A stretch of DNA of 64,000 bases, from positions 25,710,299 to 25,774,298 of the forward strand of contig NC_134025.1 in the NCBI RefSeq assembly GCF_964204645.1, read 5' to 3'. Shown one piece after another: positions 13,701 to 27,249 of this stretch. Below the pieces are notes generated by a model, which was not told the origin of the DNA, made no database searches, and was given only the letters and a program-made list of their open reading frames with translations. Positions within the stretch are counted from its first letter, which is position 1. Each line of letters starts with the position of its first letter. This stretch comes from Tubulanus polymorphus (taxonomy: Eukaryota; Animalia; Nemertea). The position numbers and the translations under genes are program-made.

Positions 13701-16700
13701 GATTTAATGCGATTTAGGTTCATGTTAATGATCATTCACCCATGACAAAATTAATAAAGATGACTAATTGCTACATGGAAACAGCAGCCTGGCATTCTGT
13801 TAATCGACTGGAATGAACCTCGGAAAGTGAAGAATTTTAATCAGATTTAGTAAAAATGATACATTAGCCCAAATATTTATTGAGATAAAAGGTTTAGAAA
13901 ATCTAGGATGGAGTTACCGGTGGATGGAGGCATGATATCTTATTTTACCTGACATTTCCATTTGAAATTCGGATGAATTAAAAAATAATAAAATTCATTT
14001 AACTTGTGAATGATAATCCAAATCCAACGTATAGCTTACGGTGAGGTTGGGTAATCCAATCCCGAGGATGGAGAACTTTATTTCTGTTCAGTGAGAGAAA
14101 ATGGCAGCTTTATCTTTGCCGTTCCATCTTTTTTCGCTTTTCACTTAATGAACCGAACGTTCGTATACAACTGATAAGCGGATACGAGGTGAAGGAGATA
14201 TCCTATATGGAAACTGATCGGCCGATAATCAGGTTTCCTCGGAGTATAGTGTACACTTAACCATAATTACTGTCTATTTCGGGACCAGCAGTGACCAATG
14301 TTAATTAGCGAGTCGCAGACAAGCGATGGGGACAGACAAATCACACGTTAGGCGAATTCAATAACAGCCATTCTTGATCTGCTATAACCAACCGCTATTG
14401 CATCAAATAACCTGGATTTAACGATCTAGAATAAGACGATACTTCCAAGACTTAGTAGAGTATCTATACATGTAATTTACGATTTTTGTAAAAGCGATTT
14501 ACAAAAAAAACCTGTCTCATTTCTTGGTCCATGATTTGTGTAATCAGTGATGGAATATTCGATTCGGTTTTCCATTCATAAAAACGACAGTTGAAATACA
14601 ATCTGCAGCATTTGCTGCATGCAGCTCACGGATTCATTTCAATATCTCCTGAATCATATCGAGAAATTCATCGTTCAATTCAAAATGTTCACACACGTGT
14701 CAAAATTGTGAAAAATATTCGATTAAAGCTTCGTCGATCGGAATTTTCATCAGCGTCGAGGGACTACAGACATACGTATATCCCATTCATACGCGACGGC
14801 GAAGAATGAAATTACTCGTTTCTTTTGCAGTTTTGATAAATGACGACACGGCGAGCCAGAATCAAGATTACCACGACTTTCTATCTTCATCATTCCCTAT
14901 TTAGAAAACATAACTCAGCGAAGTACAAAACGTTACTTGACAAACATTGCGTATTCACGCCATGACTTTCAATTTGCAAAATAAATCCTCCCTCGTGTAC
15001 CGAACACTACTTCAGTTTGCACGACTCGCACTTCGCGCACAGTTTCTATAATACATACCCATTATCTAATTACCTACTAAAATATGCTTATCATAACATT
15101 CGTCAGTGATACCGTGAGATATTTACCAAAACGCATTGGTTTGGCTCGACGCTTACTAATAATTGAGTTGTTTTATCATTAGAAAAAGAAAAGGTCAAGC
15201 GAACTGTTGATCAATTCTGGATTAGATGGAATGGCCGCGGAAAGTTTGGTCTGACGTGAGTGGTGACCAACATCCATCACCACTGTTTAATCAGGTGAAA
15301 AATCTAAGCAGAGGCAATGAAATGGCCATCTTCCCTGGGAATACCTATAATCCTAGCGGTGCGTGCTGCAAACTCAACTCTTAGATTGAATGCAAATGAC
15401 CACAAATCCCACATTCACTGATCAACTGGCCTTCTTGGCTCCGCGTGGATATAACAGAGTGAATCCACATTCAAACCGATGATCACCGCGTCTCTCCTCC
15501 AATATCCGATATTGATTTCCGCTGTTTTATTCCGAAACTTTTTGATGCGGAAATACTCGCATTCAAGAATCAAAACATCGAACCACGCATTCCTATGCCA
15601 CATATAGTCTTCGATTATTCATTTTTTTTCTAAAATGGAGTTTGAAGATGCCTTTTACTTGTAATTGAAAACGCGGAAGAAAACTGAGACGATGAAGTAG
15701 AGACAAATTACCACTTGAATCATTGTGAATTGAAGTTTAATTTTGAAATACTCGCAAATGAATCAGAATCACAAGAAGCAAACGTTGTGATGATACACTC
15801 GGTGACAGAGATCAAGTTCGTCTTCTGACATGATAAAGCAGTCTCCGGCGGGAATACTAATTAGCGTACTCAATCAAGACAACTGCAAGATATCTCGCAG
15901 TTGAATGATGAATGGATACCACTAAACAGCACATTTCCTCACCGTAACAAGGATACAAGAGTGATATTCTTTTGCAGAACACGAAAAAACCAAGTTGAGC
16001 AATCTCGGGGAGATTTTCTACTGAACATAACAGATCGGTATCCAAGTAATTACTGTACATATGACTCCGATTATCTATTCGGTTATATATGTATATGTAC
16101 TACTTTGACACGGGATATTTGGGTCGTTACAGACTCATAGCTTCGAAATCGAAAACATCAAGGGATACGGCTCTTTAACATCTTTTGAAAACCGGTAGCT
16201 AATCGATATTCTGCGACTCAATTGTATCATATCCAATGCAGTAACTTTGATGTACCCTCTATTGTATTTCGTACGGTTAAAATCATTAAACATGCTTCAT
16301 ATACCTAGTTTTTCATGAACGCACAACGCGCCAGGTAACAGATGTAGAGATTGTCATAATTACGTTGTTCCAAATCTTCAGATATACAGAAATGTACACG
16401 ATTTACCATGCAGCAAACAAATATCATATGCATTTGAAAAACTGAGCCTACCCCGGTAACGCCAAGCTGTCACTATGCCACTATTTACTATTCTCATACC
16501 CATTTATGCATTTTTGCCGTAAAACTGTACGATTATATGATTTAAAAAAATGCGCGACAGTAGAATATCATAACTTCCAGCAAAAAGATATCATAACTTT
16601 CAGCAAAAAGATGATATAAACAAAACTCGGTGGCCAATTTTTAGTAGTATATTATATATGTATGTGAATAATTGAAACAGCTGTAAGTTTGGTGCAAAAA

Positions 16701-19700
16701 GCAATCCGACAATATCGGTTAATCTAGTTCATAATATATTCTGAAAACGTTACACTGATACAAACATGTCTGCGGCCATTAGCTTATTCCAATAGTACAC
16801 AAAATTGATATATATGTGAGATCTTGTGTATATTTTTTCCTCTTTTCTAGGGCTGCTTTCTTGTATAAGCTAAACGTTGCTTCAAAGCAGTCCCTCATTT
16901 AATGTTATTACATCTTTAATACATTTCCTTATTCATTAATTTTGTAAAAATCTTACTTGAAAATAAATCATATCACATCATATCAGATCCCAACTAAATC
17001 GACGTCTTGTTGTTAATTCAGTTTCTGATGTAAAATCGATTTCGCGATGTCTGTGACGGTGGCTCCTAATTTGTAGGCTTCACAAATTGAAACAATGAAC
17101 TGAAGAAGTGTGTCTTTATTTTCAAAACAAACATATAGTATAACTTGTATTCGTTTTTGGAAGTTCATATATGCACAGGGATGAATATCATTTCCTGCCT
17201 TGTAGGATATTTACCTCAAATTATTGATAATTCAGCTTATCTTTTAGCGAAGAACGAGCTAAATTGGGTTTTAAATCATAGCTGAGAGTTTTAAGATCTG
17301 GAATTTCGACGAAAGGGAGCTACTGTATAATTAAGTTGAAAAAAAAGCTTTAAGGTTGTGATTTTCAGAAATCCGGCGTCAGATTACAAAGAAAGAAGTT
17401 GATAATTCATTCCAATCAAATATGAATCATTTATACTTCGTGAGACAAGGTACAGGTGTAACACGAAACGTTGTTAATACAGAAAAGACAGTATCACACA
17501 GATTTACTAGGATTAATTCTGCTCATCAAGTGACCATCAATAAAACATCCGACCAGACGATGATACCTCGGTACTTCACATATAATTGATGACGGGTTGC
17601 CGGAGAATTATCTACTTAATGCATGTACCCTTTTAACACTTGAGGTCTCCCCAGATACTTTCATGCATACATACTTACGGATTGACATATAATCGGCCGT
17701 GTAAACTTGTAGAAAATACCGACGGATGATTAGAGAAAATCGAATCAGAATAATAAAGACGATAAATCGTCATATACAACAGACAACTGTCATGATATTC
17801 ACAAATGATAGCTTAAATATATTTTAAAAATGTATAATTCTCACGGGGTTTGTTGTCCTCGAAAATGTATCTTAATCCTTATGATTTAGAACTGAACTAA
17901 CCCACTCTGCGAAAACAAAAAACTAATCGTTCCGTGTTAAAAATAATCTACCGATTGTTTATTCGCTACAGTAAGTGCTGAATGTCGGTTAGAGATGGTG
18001 AACCAACAATATCCGAACGAGAAATATTGGTATCACGCTTAGTGTCATTATCTGTCATGATCACCGGAAAGCATCATCACATGAAAATGTTAAGAGCCTT
18101 GGTCTATGTGACGGGAATATATATGATAGCACACTTCAGTTCGGTTCAAACATACTTAACGGTGACAAGTATGTTGAAAACCATAAAAAATTCATTCCCA
18201 TCCCTCAATGCTCAATGAATCAGATCTGAATGAATAAGTCAAAAATGATTAGGTTGAAATTGGAAAGTCTACAAAATTGCAAAACTTTTCTTTTCATTTT
18301 ACGGTAAAGCCTAACTAAAGAAAATTGATAGCCACTTTTAGAAATACATTACGAATTACCAATAATGTGAAAACTATGTTCACAGTCAACGATATTGATG
18401 AAGTGTTTGGTAGATTCTTTGTAAAACAGCGTCCACTTGCCATTTATCTATTAAAGGAACAGCTCGGTTTTTTCATCGATTCCAATATTATCGAGACGTT
18501 CTTCTGGGTACTATTCAAGATGCACGTATTATCTGAACTTCAATCACGGCGTCTCTGTGCGCAGTTAGGCATACGGTAGTACCCTGTAATACACTATATC
18601 ACGAACCACTTTGTTATACAGCAAGATTCACCAGTAATTTGATCTTATTTGTCAAGGGTTCCGTCTGAAATGAAAAATCAATTTTCCAACCGCCTTACAG
18701 AAAAGAAAGATCACGGAAAGTACAGTCAATAGTTCTTCAAAATTCTTATCAACAACTAGTTATCACCAATTGAAATATTCCGTTCAACAAAATTCTATCC
18801 CCATACACCAACTTGGTCGCGCATAAAAATCTCCCCATTCATTATATCCACAACTGTGAATATGGTGCTGTGAAAGGCACATCTCTTCTACGCATTCATG
18901 TTAACGAATACATTGAGAATGTTCTTAGTTCGCACGGAAGGATTGACTAAGACGAAAACTGAAAGCCTCAAATATGATTACAGAACGATTGCATTGCGTC
19001 GGCATGACCCGGAATCGATACTCCCCAAGTACTACATGGTCAGGATCTCCAATCTCAACCATTAACTATCTAACGCCATTGATTTATGCTCGCATTAATC
19101 TGAAATAAAAAGCCCAGACATTGGACCAGTGGGAACTATAAAGCCTAAAATATGGAATTTTTATCTCCGTTGCACATGATATACACGCCTAAGTATTGGC
19201 CACATGCGGGCACTGGTCAACTTTCATATAGAAAATGCAATCATACGGACAACACGACTGTCATTTCTTAAATATAAATATAGCACCTGGGCATTGAAGA
19301 AATAAGCAAATACATTAATTGTCTGGACTTGGGAATATACCACAATTCGCTTTGATGAGGTTGCTCTTCCTTTTTTTATCATAACCAAACCTCTTTTTCG
19401 ATTACAAGACATCAATACATCAATTTCATCTTTGTACAAAAATGACCTTCAAATCAGTTTCATTCTTTCTTTTCTGCCCAGCTTTACGGATACGAGGAGA
19501 TAGAAATAACGCAATTAGCGCGTGGAAAGCTATGAAAAGAACAACAAAAGCATGAAATTGATATGATGCCATAATTATATTGAGTATAATGAATAATAAA
19601 AAATCATTACGTCCTTTATACTGTGCGCAGCAATAAAACAGCCAATTTACATTTCATTACCCAATTACCGATAGAGTTATCAATTTGTTTATATGCACGA

Positions 19701-20914
19701 TGAAACACTGATGTCGGGTGTAGACCGATATTTCTAGCACATTACTAGAATGTGTAAAAACTGTTTATCCAAGAACTCTTCAGATTATTTTGTCGTCATC
19801 CTTTATTAGACTTTTCGTCGCTTAACTGCCGTGGAGGATGTACGGCGCAAGAGCTATTTTTGATACATGTAAAATTAATATCGGTCTTATTTTACCCTTA
19901 GTTAATTCAGTATCCTATATTCAGGCCCCGACGGAATGGATACATGTAACTGAACCGACCACCAACTTATGCCAGACTGTATCGAATAATGGGATCCTTC
20001 AACTCGTCAATTTAGCATTTGGTCAAATTTCTATGTCTGTACCTAGGCCTTGATGGTAAATGATGGTCTTATATGATATGAAATGCTAAATGTTTCAAAA
20101 TGTTAAGAAAAAAGGGCGAGTGTTTGAAACTGTTGTAAATAAAAGGAAAAAAAACCTTTTATTGCGGTTTGGCCTCAATTATGTAATACCCATATAAAGA
20201 GAGGTATAAAGAGAAATTTTCGCGTGTAATTTAAACATTCAACATTATGATGGTGATATACTGAAGTTATAGACTAAATATGATTACATGATATAATAGC
20301 TAATGGTAATAAATGGAAAAACGGCTAGTTTGAAATTTATATCAATTGATTTGTGACGATGTTATTACTAGACTGGTCATTAATCTTCACTGAAATGATT
20401 TTAAACATAGATTCCAGAGTTCTTAAAACGCCACCGCGACGTGTCCATTGTCCACGCACATAATGAACGTTATTTTTAGTCAGTTGACGGATTTGATGGC
20501 TGTACAAGAATATACAGACGTGATTTACGAGCAAATGGCTATTCTGTGTAGGATTTATGAGCGACTAACCTGTACAGGTCAATTAGTCGATCAGTAATCA
20601 TATTATAGGTAATTGATAAATCAGGGCACGACCATCAATAACTGGTGTAACCTTGCACCGGAGTGAAGCTGCTTAAAATGTCACCGCTTTTTCGTCCCTT
20701 GTCATCCGATTCCTGTATAAACCTCCATACTTCTACATACATATATACATATATTCCTGAGAGATTAATGCAAAGCATCTTCATAATAGTTTCTATTTTC
20801 ATACAGGGAGTATGTGGAATTTTTATCGGATATATGTTCATGATATATAAATCTATCTAAGTACCGGTATCACCGAAAGTCTTAACGAAACACTTTTTGA
20901 TGAAAGGGTTAAAG

Positions 20915-21038
20915 CACAGGGACTTGACACAAAAGGATTTTGACCCCAGTATCCTATAGGTACTATATATAAAAAAGTCTTTTTATATATAGTACCTAGG
21001 ATACTGGGGTCAAAATCATTTTGTGTCAAGTCCCTGTG
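20915..21038. mobile_element. palindromic MITE, copy 1
   Basis: Near-perfect foldback CACAGGGACTTGACACAAAA...TTTTGTGTCAAGTCCCTGTG; flanks GGTTAAAG / GGCTAAAG (7/8 match, likely 8-bp TSD); second copy at 59266-59382. Confidence 0.85.
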
Positions 21039-22346
21039 GGCTAAAGGGCTAGAATATATAAAGAAAACATTAGTATAATCGCTTCGATGCTGAAGATTTA
21101 AGACTCGATCCTTTTTTCGCTGATCGCTGATATCCCATATCCAAACAGACAGCGAATCATCCTATATCAAATATTTGCTTTCACTGACTCCACCACAATC
21201 CTTGTAAATTTCAACTGATAATATGTCACAACCTTCAGACCTCTGACATTCTCATGGTTGTATAGTGTATGAATATGTATCATCGATCAATTGAAATAGC
21301 AACTGGAAAGTCTGGGCAGACGTGATACTGGTCGGTCTATTGTCGCAGTTGTGCACTTTACATTACTATGACAGAGAATCATGTGGAAATGCAATTATCT
21401 GCAGTGATTGGCTTTCCTTGTTTCAATAATCAACACTGCATGTTAGTTATTACATGCAACAGTGGTCAAACCCTGTATGAAGCGGATTACGAGGCAAAGA
21501 TAAGGTTCACCTGAATTTCTGATGAGGAATATACTGAGATGATGTGACATCTTGGCTGTAACGTAGATACTACATTTCATAGGGGTATACTGTTTAACAC
21601 ACTTGGATCAAATTCGTCAAACTTGTCGCGGAACATTATGCAAATATCTCGCCAAATCGCAATCCGATACCCAATATGGAATAAACTGGTCGCCAACACA
21701 TCCACCTGCCAGTACTAAGATCGATTGCTTCAAATCCCTGAACTGTCGATGCCAGATTGTTCTCTGATGAGCGAGCCTCTAACGTCACCACCACCACTTC
21801 TTCCCAAGGGTCCGACTTCAGAAGTAACCTACCAACTGATTACTCTTAAGGGTAACGAATTCTAGTGAACCATTCTGATGAGCGAGTCTGGTGAAGCAGT
21901 TGAAGCCCGCGTCGTATCAAACCAACAGATCGAGACAATAGAAATCTCCAAGACGAAGGTTCAATGATGAATCAGCATCTAAAAGGGCTCATCCGGAAGC
22001 TTTATACCCGGGGAATCTTCGAAGTACAGTAATTAAAGACAGAAGATCAAATATATCAAAGAACAGCATCTGCCTATAAAGTCCTTCTGCCAAGTCATCG
22101 CAAATGGGAAGTTTATTCGCATTTATGAAAAGCAAACATGCTTGGAAGATTTCCAACTATAGCTTTTAAGTCATTTTCTTTTTTCGTTTTTTGAACAATG
22201 GAGAAAAATCTTCCTTTAATTTGCGAACAGTTAGAGCGTCTCAAAACAATATGAACGGTTTGTATATCGTCAAAACAGTGGAAAGAGAATCAGGTTAGAA
22301 AAGTTAATAAATCTTTAAATGTCTTTATATCAAAATACATATTTAC

Positions 22347-23079
22347 CTTTTTCGCAGTATTCACCATAATAATCAGTTAAAGAACAATCACACTTTGCTC
22401 CATTATCAGTACTGATGCATAATCCTTTATTCATGCAGGGGTTCATGTTTTGGCAATCGTCAACGTCATAACGCCTTAATCCTTCATGCTCCAGCATTAC
22501 GGGGATGCGTGGCCTCGACGAACAATTTGAATAAAGTACATTTCTTAAAGACCCTTGAAAATGCGGCTCAAATATCGCTGATGGGAGAGAAAGCTTAGAC
22601 AGTTGGGAGCTGAAAGAAGATGGCAATCCCCCCACATAGACATCGCTATTACGCGTCTTTCCTCCAAGGTAGCGATTATAGCCCTGGAGTTTTTTGGTTC
22701 TTGTTATTTCATTTTCGATGTGACCTTTTCCAACTTTCAGGGTGATTTCGTCGTCGTTTCGAACGATCGCGACTTTATGGAATTCATCGTCATCCATGTT
22801 AGAACCAGCGGACAAAATAGTAGCACCACGAGCGAGATTCACTCGTAAGCGTATACTGCCTTGTACCATCTTCAGCTCGAAGAAATCCGAATTTCCGCCA
22901 TCATCCGTGTACAAAATCAAGCCATTCGCGCGGCGTGTTTTCAATTCTAAACTCAAAGAAGCATTCGCGCAAGGATTCCATTTTTGATATTTAGCGTACG
23001 AAGTCTGCGAACCTTCCAAATCTATGGAATAGCTGAATGGTACGACGAAAGCAATTAGAAAGTATGCCAGAGTCCACAT
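22347..23079 (-). CDS. NRXN: alpha-neurexin, first coding exon (signal peptide, LNS/laminin-G domain 1, EGF 1); gene continues beyond the window start across a >22 kb intron
   Basis: ORF MWTLAYFLIAFVVPFSYS then LEGSQTSYAKYQKW, LKTRRANGLILYTDDGGNSDFFELKMVQG, SDVYVGGLP, LSLPSAIFEPHFQGSLRN and EGF CQNMNPCMNKGLCISTDNGAKCDCSLTDYYGEYCEK, as in neurexin N-termini. Phase-1 donor AAAG|GTAAAT after 22347; upstream acceptor TTTTCAG| gives exon start 23238 (5' UTR). Confidence 0.9.
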
Positions 23080-26000
23080 TTTGCTGCAATTTACGCACCG
23101 AATGCAGCCTAGAAATCTATCTCGTCATTTGATGATAATCCAATGGCGATAAATCCGAAGGGAACGGCGAATACGGTACCTTTTTATCTGTCACATTTCA
23201 AGAAGCACTCAATTGTAAGCAATTCCACTTGAAAACATCTGAAAACAGAAAGTAACACCGTAAATAATGATTATCGGAAAATAAATCCATCGTATAAATA
23301 TGAAAAACTACTTCGTCCATAGATAATATTTTTCGGTCTATCGGTCTATTCATATCACGAAAAGTAATAATTACTAAATGTACACGAAAAGTCCATTATA
23401 ATCAATTTCAAATGAAAAATCATCCATGCATATCTCCCTTCGGATTAGTATTAGATGCGTATACTAGTAAACGCTAACATCAATTACTTGATTCTGATAG
23501 GTTCATGACGTAAACATAACGTCTGCAAAATCACGAGGGGTTTCAGTTGAGAAATGAACAATTTCATATGGGAATCGAAACATTCCGCTGAATTTAAATC
23601 TGTGACAGGTGTTACCGCGTCCTCCACACATAACATAGACCTACCCCGGTGTATATGTTATCAAATCCGCTCAAAAACAAAAACGGAGGCGCACGATTAT
23701 TTCAACAAATATTATGTATGGTTTTAAACTTCGCTTTACTAGGTCATCGAGTTTAATCGAGGGTATGGAAATAAATCACCGATAAACCGCGATGCAAATT
23801 CTACCTCAGTGTTTTCATCTGCGAAAAAAATCAAAATAACCGAAACAGCGAACGAAATCTAATTCTAAAACTACGGAAATCTCATATATTCTTATCAATT
23901 TTTAATGAACTATCAAATGAGAATTTAACACAATGGAAAAAGTGCGATGAATGTGAAATAAAAAAGTTTTAACGCGAATAGACCGAGACTAGGTCGAAAT
24001 AAAAATATTGTTAAAGGTTCATATTTACACTGAAGACGATCATTGCATTCTCTTAACGAAATCTCGTATATATCCAATTATTACTCCGATGTTAGGAAAA
24101 ATAAATGTAGTACAAGTAGTCGTCACTTACTGCGCGCTATCATGGCTAAATGACAGACATGCGGTCGCATCTGTTAGCTTCATAAGGTGACAACAGTAGC
24201 GCCAGCATTCGGTAAACCCGACGCAATGAGCCATCAGCTGCCAGCGTTGACACGGACGCATTGCGAATCACAATAAAATCCATGATCGATGAAACAAAAT
24301 GAAACCATCACCGATAAAATTGGATACAGAAAAGTCATGCTCATCAAATCATTTTTGCACATTATATGTATATACGTGAATGTACAATATACGTATGTAC
24401 CGGTATGCGAATGATTTCTATCGATATAAAAGAAAGATTTCTTTTCTTTATGGGAGACTACATTTGATATTTAGACTGAAATTTCTTAATATTCATGTAG
24501 ACAATGTTGTTTAAAGTGATGACCATCAATCGATAAAACGCAGTATTGATAATACAGGGGAGTAGAAGTAAATCAAATAGCTTGCCTGAAGCAAATTCCC
24601 GAAAGTGCCATATCCAACAATCTAAATGAGTCTTAGACTTTTTTCGAAATTGTCGAATCAACTTCTGTTCGTTTGGGAGCAACCATGATCAAAGAGCGAA
24701 GATGTAGAATGAATCGTATCCAGCTATCGTTACTTCAGATTAAATTATTATTACGTGCAGACTGACTTAAGAGTTCGACGCTCGATGATTACCTAGAAAT
24801 GAAAAATTCACTTCAATTCGCACCAAACTCTCTTTGTCAAAATCAATTATCTTTTTTAATGATTACCTTTACCTGGCAGCAATTCGATGAAATTTCATTC
24901 CACGTCTAAAAAACTGCCTCCGGGTATTCGATATCTTTTTCTTTAACAAGTGAGCAATGGATGCTACAGTCATGGATTGATAACGAAGGTAATGAACACG
25001 TTAGAACACGTGCAGCGGTGAATCTGGATTTCTAACTTTTGATAATCTGTTTTAGAAACAAAACAAAAAACAAAAATTCTACCAGCGCTGGAAAAAAACA
25101 CTATCAGTTTTCAAAGATCAAATTTATTATAGAAAATAAAATACAACGTGTGTAATATATAACTTAGATTTTTTGCTTTACCAAAAATTATTCAATAAAT
25201 TTCCATCTAGATAGGATATACCGAACAACGATGACAATCTTTTTGATTCACCGAAAAAATAATACTTTATCAGCTTTTTGTAATTAGAATCATGGTACAG
25301 AGAATGAGTACAGTCGTAGTTTCTTAGAATTTTGTGTCCATTAAGCATGCATTAAGCTTAGTAACTAAAAGCATCGAGACACTTCTAATGAATCTAAATG
25401 AATTTTTCAGAAATACAATAAGCCCTATTTCTTCAAACATATCCACCGGTATATACCTACATATGTCGAATGGGGAGTAGTATACGGTCCCACAGAGACC
25501 CCGGTAATCAATAACGAATAAACAACAACCAAATTAAGAAAGTAATGAACCAAACTTGTCACGAGGAATCGTTTTAATTTCATTTGCAACGAACACAATT
25601 TAGACATTTGATCAATTACAATTGAGTTCAGAAAAGAAATTATAGAAAATCAATTGACAAGGAGCTCAAGAGAATCAGATTAGTTTAGTTAGAGATGTCT
25701 GAAGTGACAAATCTATACGACTTTAAGTCTGAATCGTGGGTGGCTGGATCTAAAGAGGGGGGTGATATCAGGGGATTCTACCCTTTAGTCCCTAGTCCTT
25801 ACACTTTAGCGATCATTGCAAGTGTGGAGTATTTCATATATAATGTTTTTAAATTATTGACACACAGTATCGGTAAGCTTATCTCAGAAATCAGTATAAT
25901 TTTTGGAAGTGGATATTTTGCCAAAGCGGCATTATTTTAGTAAACGCTATTTTGCCTGCCTTTTGGCTTCCCTCGTTCTTTCTTTCGTTTATGCCCATTT

Positions 26001-27249
26001 CTTCAAGAAAATCACATATTTTTCTACCCAATGAAAAATTCGGACGACTGATATCTTTGACCATCACCGGACCACAGGTGCTCGTATCAGAGTTGTATAT
26101 AAAATAACTTCATTTTGATCAATTTCTTAGGTTTAACACATTATCGTTTTTGCAGTACCTAGTCGGACTCTCTGATCCTGCGCTCCTGCTGCCATCGATT
26201 GGATATATTTAAATGTTTCACGATTCATTGAATCCTCCTCGTCAGTTTTCCTCAAAATTTAGTAAAATCTTTCTTCATAAAGAAAATTAATAGCCTTGGA
26301 GAACACTAAAATTGTCTGGGGGAGGGCCCACTGCCAGTGCCACTGCCCCCGGTGGTGGCTTCCACGCCGTTTTGGCGCTCGCCACGTCGGGTGCCCCTTC
26401 GGTTCGCGATTACTTCGATGGATATAGGCTATTTTAGGCCCATCGACCAATACAGGTACAATACAAATTGCGTGCACGAGGTTTGGGGTGTTGACACTCA
26501 CGATCCACAGAATTGTTGTTGACACGGAGACGGTTCAACGAATTCGCGTTTCATGACTCCCGCCATTGGGGAATCCCTTCCGGATACAAACCGATGACGG
26601 CAGCACCTTCCGGTCGAAATGACAAATCAGTGACAAATGCGTTCATAATGAAATATAGAAGTTAAAAAAAATCCTCGGAATAGAAAACAAGTCTCAATGA
26701 ATATATATTTGACAGTTTTATTTCTCATTATTTTAATGTATCATATAAACAACTAATCTTTAAACTAATAAAATGTTTTATGTATACATAAACATAATGA
26801 TATATAGGCTTAAGATATTTTGGCAATAAAAACGGATGGACGAAACAAAATAAACTTACAAAATAGTATCACAGATATTTTTGAAGCTGAAAAAACTCAA
26901 AGTAGTTTTTGATATAGCTAACGAAAATATTCAAAAAGATTCAAAATAAATTGTTTTAAGGCCAAAAGGCTCAAATGAACAGATCTCCAAAATAACAATT
27001 AACATAGTTATAGGTACTAGTCTACAAATAAACAAGTCTTCGTAACAAGCATAAAAAATATCATATCTGAAATAATCCTAACACATCTTATATCAACAAT
27101 TGTGCACCAGCATGAAGGTAGTCTTTTATGTATAAGTACCAATAGTCGATTATCGGGACAGATACCGGTACATCAGAGTAGGCTTAACGCTAGTTTTTAT
27201 ACATGTCATTCTTAAACCAGTGTGTTGGTATCCCTTGCTACTTTCTATC

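Noticed and set aside
15127-15155. Possible neurexin microexon
   Set aside because: 29 nt, breaks the reading frame, weaker donor.
16565-16610. 23-bp tandem duplication ATATCATAACTT(C/T)CAGCAAAAAG
   Set aside because: Ordinary local slippage with no further structure.
1-22330. Numerous 60-105 aa ORFs in the neurexin intron
   Set aside because: No recognisable domains apart from the integrase-like relic; consistent with chance ORFs.
26300-26420. GC-rich patch between neurexin and ECT2L
   Set aside because: Looks like a transposon interior but I could not find ends, a TSD or a second copy.
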